64,000 nucleotides of DNA from an uncultured bacterium. Lineage in GTDB: Bacteria; UBP4; UBA4092. The stretch spans positions 1 through 64,000 of the forward strand of contig CAZXWN010000015.1 of the NCBI GenBank assembly GCA_964644695.1, written 5' to 3'. The notes under the pieces are model-generated. The model was given only the letters and a program-made list of their open reading frames with translations, did not search any database and was not told where the DNA came from. The translations under genes and the position numbers were made by a program. Of this stretch, positions 60,264-64,000 are shown one piece after another; within the stretch, counting starts at the first letter, position 1, and each line of letters begins with the position of its first letter.

Positions 60264-60707
60264 TTATCTTTTCTTGCTTGTTTTGGCGGCGGCAGGTTTG
60301 GAGTTGGTTTTAGGCCGGCTTTTCTCTAACCATTTTTGATGCCGAATATAGAGGGCTTCAAGCTGGCTGTATAATTTGGGATTCCCATGAGAAACTCTTT
60401 CCTGGGAGATCCATGAAGCCATCTTGGTCCAAATCAGAGGGAAATTGGGTGTCGTCGCTTGATAAAATAACTCTTCATTGATAAGACCCTGATTCACAAA
60501 AGTGGCGGCCATTTCCCAGTAATTGCCCGTTAACTGGATATAATACTCTTCCTCTGACTCCGCTGGATATTTTCGTACCTTATCTTCCCAGCTATGGGCT
60601 TCGAATTGATTGATATACCATAAGGAAGCCTTACGATAGAGCGGATCATTCCGTAATGTGTAGAGCTGTAAGAGTAACTCGGCATCTTTTACTGTAGGTC
60701 GAGCCAT
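60264..60707 (-). CDS. Hypothetical protein (DUF4760-like)
   Basis: DAELLLQLY.LR, YWEMAATFV..G.INEELF; GGAGG RBS. Confidence 0.6.
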   Translation of the reverse strand: MARPTVKDAELLLQLYTLRNDPLYRKASLWYINQFEAHSWEDKVRKYPAESEEEYYIQLTGNYWEMAATFVNQGLINEELFYQATTPNFPLIWTKMASWISQERVSHGNPKLYSQLEALYIRHQKWLEKSRPKTNSKPAAAKTSKKR

Positions 60708-60847
60708 GGGCGTTATGCCCTCCTTCCGATTGGAATTGGAGTTTTTTTATCATCTATTAAATTTTGAAAGATTACCGTTTTTATGACTGTTGGACTTATC
60801 TCGTGCACCGGGATGGACCCCATCAGTCCTTCCTGGTCCTTAAAATT

Positions 60848-61339
60848 CTAAAACTGAGAATGACCTTCTAAAGCTAAAAGCTGTTTTTTGATAGATAACC
60901 CGGCACTGAAACCACCCAATGAACCCGTACCGGAGATGACTCGATGACAGGGAACGACAATCAAGAGGGGATTCCGGCCTACCGCCCCTCCAACCGCTCT
61001 GGATCCCTTCGGATTTTTGACGCGAGCGGCCAACTCACCATAAGAGACTGTTTCTCCAAAGGGTACTTTGATCAACTGATTCCAAACTCTCTGTTGGAAC
61101 GGAGTTCCTTCGGACAAATCCAGTGGAAAATCAATTTGACCGGAACATCCCTTAAAATATTGTTTCAGCCATTTTATGACAGGTTTGAAATGGGAAGGTG
61201 AATGAATCCCTCTAAACTCTTGATTTTGAGACGGTTGAGGAATATGCTGGAGTTTATTAACTCCTTTTCCCAAGTCTTCCAAGAGAAGGACTCCTATTGG
61301 ACTCTCCCATATTTCATACCTTATTTTGGCTGTTGTCAT
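60848..61339 (-). CDS. ogt: Methylated-DNA--protein-cysteine methyltransferase
   Basis: SPIG, GTPFQQRVW, SYGELA, RAVG, NPL.IVVPCHRV. Confidence 0.94.
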   Translation of the reverse strand: MTTAKIRYEIWESPIGVLLLEDLGKGVNKLQHIPQPSQNQEFRGIHSPSHFKPVIKWLKQYFKGCSGQIDFPLDLSEGTPFQQRVWNQLIKVPFGETVSYGELAARVKNPKGSRAVGGAVGRNPLLIVVPCHRVISGTGSLGGFSAGLSIKKQLLALEGHSQF

Positions 61340-61508
61340 ATTATTCCCAAAAGTTGAGTGAATCGTATAACAAAATCTGAAAAAAAGCAAGAGGTACAGC
61401 AATTTATTGAATTCTTCTAACTTTTATTAAATCAAAGACTCACCCCTGTTTTAATTTAGGCCGATTTGGATTAATCTATTTATGGAAAGGAAATGGGACT
61501 CAAAACCA

Positions 61509-62228
61509 ATGAATATATTTGTTTTTATACCTACTTATAACGAAAAAGAGAACCTGGAACTGTTGGTGCGGGATATCCTGACCCGGAATCCAGAATTTAA
61601 TATCCTCATTGTAGATGATTTATCACCCGATGGGACGGGGGATATTGCAGACCTTCTGGCCCGTGAATATCAAAATCAAGTCTATGTCCTTCATCGTGAG
61701 GGGCCCCGGGGCAGGGGATGGGCAGGAATGGCGGGGTTCCAGGAAGCAGTTCGGCTGGGTGCGGATGCGGTTATTGAAATGGATGCTGATTTTTCACACC
61801 AGCCCCAATATTTAGGTGCTATTGCGAAAGCATTGGAGACCCACGATATCGTCATCGGGTCTCGGTATATTCCCCAGGGTGGAACGGAAGGATGGGGATT
61901 GAATCGGAAAATCAACAGTTGGGTGGCGAACCAGCTGGCAAAAAGAGTCTTGAATTTACCTTTTAAGGATAATACTTCCGGATATCGTGGATTCCGGAAA
62001 GAAATCCTCAATAAACTTCCCTGGGATACTTTCATCTCCCCCGGTCCCTCCATCTTACAGGAGATGTTGTATAACGCCCTTCCTCATAAACCGAAATCAG
62101 TGGAGATACCGATTATTTTTATTGACCGGACTCGGGGTGAATCGAAAATCTCCCTGAAAGTCATTTTGAAATGGATCCAATCCATGATACAGGTCAAGAA
62201 GAATCGTAAGAAATATTTGAATAAATAA
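61509..62228 (+). CDS. GT2 polyprenol-phosphate mannose synthase-like glycosyltransferase
   Basis: IPTYNEKEN, VDDLSPDGT, EMDADFSH, GSRY, DNTSGYR, F.DRTRGESK. Confidence 0.88.
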   Translation: MNIFVFIPTYNEKENLELLVRDILTRNPEFNILIVDDLSPDGTGDIADLLAREYQNQVYVLHREGPRGRGWAGMAGFQEAVRLGADAVIEMDADFSHQPQYLGAIAKALETHDIVIGSRYIPQGGTEGWGLNRKINSWVANQLAKRVLNLPFKDNTSGYRGFRKEILNKLPWDTFISPGPSILQEMLYNALPHKPKSVEIPIIFIDRTRGESKISLKVILKWIQSMIQVKKNRKKYLNK

Positions 62229-62239
62229 TCTCAAAACAG

Positions 62240-62277
62240 AAAACAGGGAGGTCCATTAAGGACTTCCCTGTTTTTTT
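62240..62277. terminator. Bidirectional terminator
   Basis: AAAACAGGGAGGTCC-ATTAA-GGACTTCCCTGTTTT. Confidence 0.82.
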
Positions 62278-62303
62278 ATTCTCAGGTTATAAGGGATGAA
62301 TAC

Positions 62304-63050
62304 TTATCGGCGGCAATACTGGACGACTTCTTTATAACTCAAATCTCCACCGAAGATATCCAGAGCGCTGCCGATGGTAACATGGAGTTTCCCACCGGAA
62401 ATCTCCTTGAATTTATCCAGGTCTTCGAGTGAACGAACGCCGCCGGCGTATGTGGTGGGGATAGAAACCCATTGAGTCAGATGATGAACGAGTTCCTCCT
62501 GCATACCACTGCGTTTTCCTTCGACATCCACCGCATGAATCAAAAACTCATCACAATAGTTTTCCATTTGACGGATGGATTCAGCATTTACCTCGAAATT
62601 ACTGATCTTTGTCCATTTATCGGTAACGACAAACCACTTGTCATTACATTTCCGGCAGCTTAAATCAATGACGATCCGCTTTTTCCCTACGCGGTCAATA
62701 AGTGCCTGTAACCGATCCATATCCAGTAACCCATTATAAAAAATATAAGAAGTTACAATGATGTGTGAAGCTCCCGCCTCAAGATAATCGTTGGCATTAT
62801 CAAGATGGATGCCGCCCCCCACCTGCAATCCTCCGGGATAAGCCTGTAACGCTTTGATCGCCGCCTGCTCATTCCCCTGGCCCAGCATGATGATATGTCC
62901 ACCCTTCAATCCATCTTCTTTGAAGAGTTGTGCAAAATAGGTAGAGTCCTGGGTCGCAACAAAGTTTTCCACTAATTGTTTTCCCAGAGTACTGCCGACA
63001 ATTTGTTTTACTTTCCCATCATGTAAATCAATACAAGGCCTGAATTCCAT
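62304..63050 (-). CDS. hisA: ProFAR isomerase, eukaryotic (His6)-type
   Basis: FRPCIDLHDGKVKQIVGSTL, GGHIIMLG, LQVGGGI, DLSCR, HAVDVEG, TIGSALDIFGG. Confidence 0.9.
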   Translation of the reverse strand: MEFRPCIDLHDGKVKQIVGSTLGKQLVENFVATQDSTYFAQLFKEDGLKGGHIIMLGQGNEQAAIKALQAYPGGLQVGGGIHLDNANDYLEAGASHIIVTSYIFYNGLLDMDRLQALIDRVGKKRIVIDLSCRKCNDKWFVVTDKWTKISNFEVNAESIRQMENYCDEFLIHAVDVEGKRSGMQEELVHHLTQWVSIPTTYAGGVRSLEDLDKFKEISGGKLHVTIGSALDIFGGDLSYKEVVQYCRR

Positions 63051-63093
63051 TTTTTATATTCCTTAAAGAAAACTTTTATCTGATGATGAATGA

Positions 63094-64000
63094 TTATTTC
63101 TTTTTATTTTGATATTCGATGATAATACTTTCCAGCCAGTCAAACAGCCGGTCATACTCAACCAGAAGCACATCGACCAGGGGCCGTTTATTATAACGAA
63201 GCCATAAATGTTCGAAATCATTTTTAATTCGCTGTAATAAGTGTTGCTGTTCCCTCAGCGAGTGGATAAAGGCGGCCAGTTCCCGGTTACAAACTTCGGT
63301 ATTGATTGAAGTGTCCGACAGGAGTTGATCCAGTTTTTCTTTCCGGGGGATGTATAAAATCCGTTCCGATAACAGTCTGGCGCGCAGCAGGGTCATTTGG
63401 AAGATGTCCAGATGGTCCTGATGACGGGTAACGGCTTGATCTGCCTTCGCCAGCAGGGATTCACCCAGGTGATACTGTTCCATTAATCGTGATGCCAGTT
63501 TGTCTCTGTCTGTGATGAGTTTTGTACATTGCTCGTTAAATCCATCACGCCAGATAGAAATAGCAGTGGTCGCATAATAGAATTTGAAATCATGATTCAG
63601 GTCGCCCAGCAGGTGGGTCAACTGAACAGGAGTGGAGTCTTTTGCTCCATAAAACACCTGGGCAAAATGGGTATCCCAATGGTCTGGGATATCCCGGTCA
63701 GGATTCCATCCGGTTTCAGCTGACAGGGCGTAGAGGTACAAGTTACTTTCCCGGAGGGATTCGCCGCCGAAGTCCGCCCAGGCGGATTGGATCATCCCCA
63801 GAGCCCCTTTTTTATATCCCTGTCGGACCAGTTTGAGGTTTGATAATGCTTCTTCAATATCGGGGAAGATTCGCCCCCAGCAGTGGACACCGGGACTGAC
63901 GATTTGTTTAAATCCCCACTGGTTGAAAGAATCGACCCGGTCATAATTTTCCCGGGGGATATAATCCCAGTTCACCATTACGATGTCTTTGGGTAATTTG
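63094..64000 (-). CDS. Glycoside hydrolase family 20-like protein, C-terminal part (5' truncated by the window edge)
   Basis: Frame open to the edge (KLPKDIVMVNWDY); GALGMIQSAWADFG, AETGWN, then a helical C-terminal domain. Confidence 0.65.
   Translation of the reverse strand, partial: KLPKDIVMVNWDYIPRENYDRVDSFNQWGFKQIVSPGVHCWGRIFPDIEEALSNLKLVRQGYKKGALGMIQSAWADFGGESLRESNLYLYALSAETGWNPDRDIPDHWDTHFAQVFYGAKDSTPVQLTHLLGDLNHDFKFYYATTAISIWRDGFNEQCTKLITDRDKLASRLMEQYHLGESLLAKADQAVTRHQDHLDIFQMTLLRARLLSERILYIPRKEKLDQLLSDTSINTEVCNRELAAFIHSLREQQHLLQRIKNDFEHLWLRYNKRPLVDVLLVEYDRLFDWLESIIIEYQNKKK

Overview
A 64-kb chromosomal segment from a moderately AT-rich diderm bacterium (TolC, lipoprotein MFP). The pseudopilin subfamily present suggests a Sumerlaeota/BRC1-like candidate lineage, which is an inference only. 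Most of the window is housekeeping: queD, a class-V aminotransferase and serA, purA, tRNA-Lys/tRNA-Glu, carB, nadE, thpR, apgM, phoBR-pstSCAB-phoU with 11-bp-periodic Pho boxes, namZ, folE2, a RACo/ASKHA protein, ogt, eukaryote-type hisA and a partial GH20. Three visibly AT-rich accessory blocks are interspersed. (i) 1-5.7 kb: a tail-fibre-like gene, a small secreted protein and a signal-peptide-bearing RHS protein with a C12 tract, an internal insert and a His...Cys papain-like C-terminal domain, with no downstream immunity gene. (ii) 15.4-24 kb: a DUF4434 hydrolase and a TolC/MFP/RND/PII-like operon. (iii) 31.2-33.1 kb: a DUF6338-like membrane protein, a peptide with three GGVNPPQ..RPS repeats, and a basic virus-like protein preceded by a hairpin that recurs at 46.97 kb as an apparent stand-alone small RNA. 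The best candidates for undescribed systems are a NikR-boxed operon whose first gene is a prepilin-type protein followed by an ECF S component and an FmdE protein, and the 31-33 kb module with its duplicated hairpin RNA. Two ORFs labelled + in the supplied track (23556-24008 and 58474-60114) are on the minus strand in the sequence. No CRISPR array, rRNA, integrase or transposase was seen.
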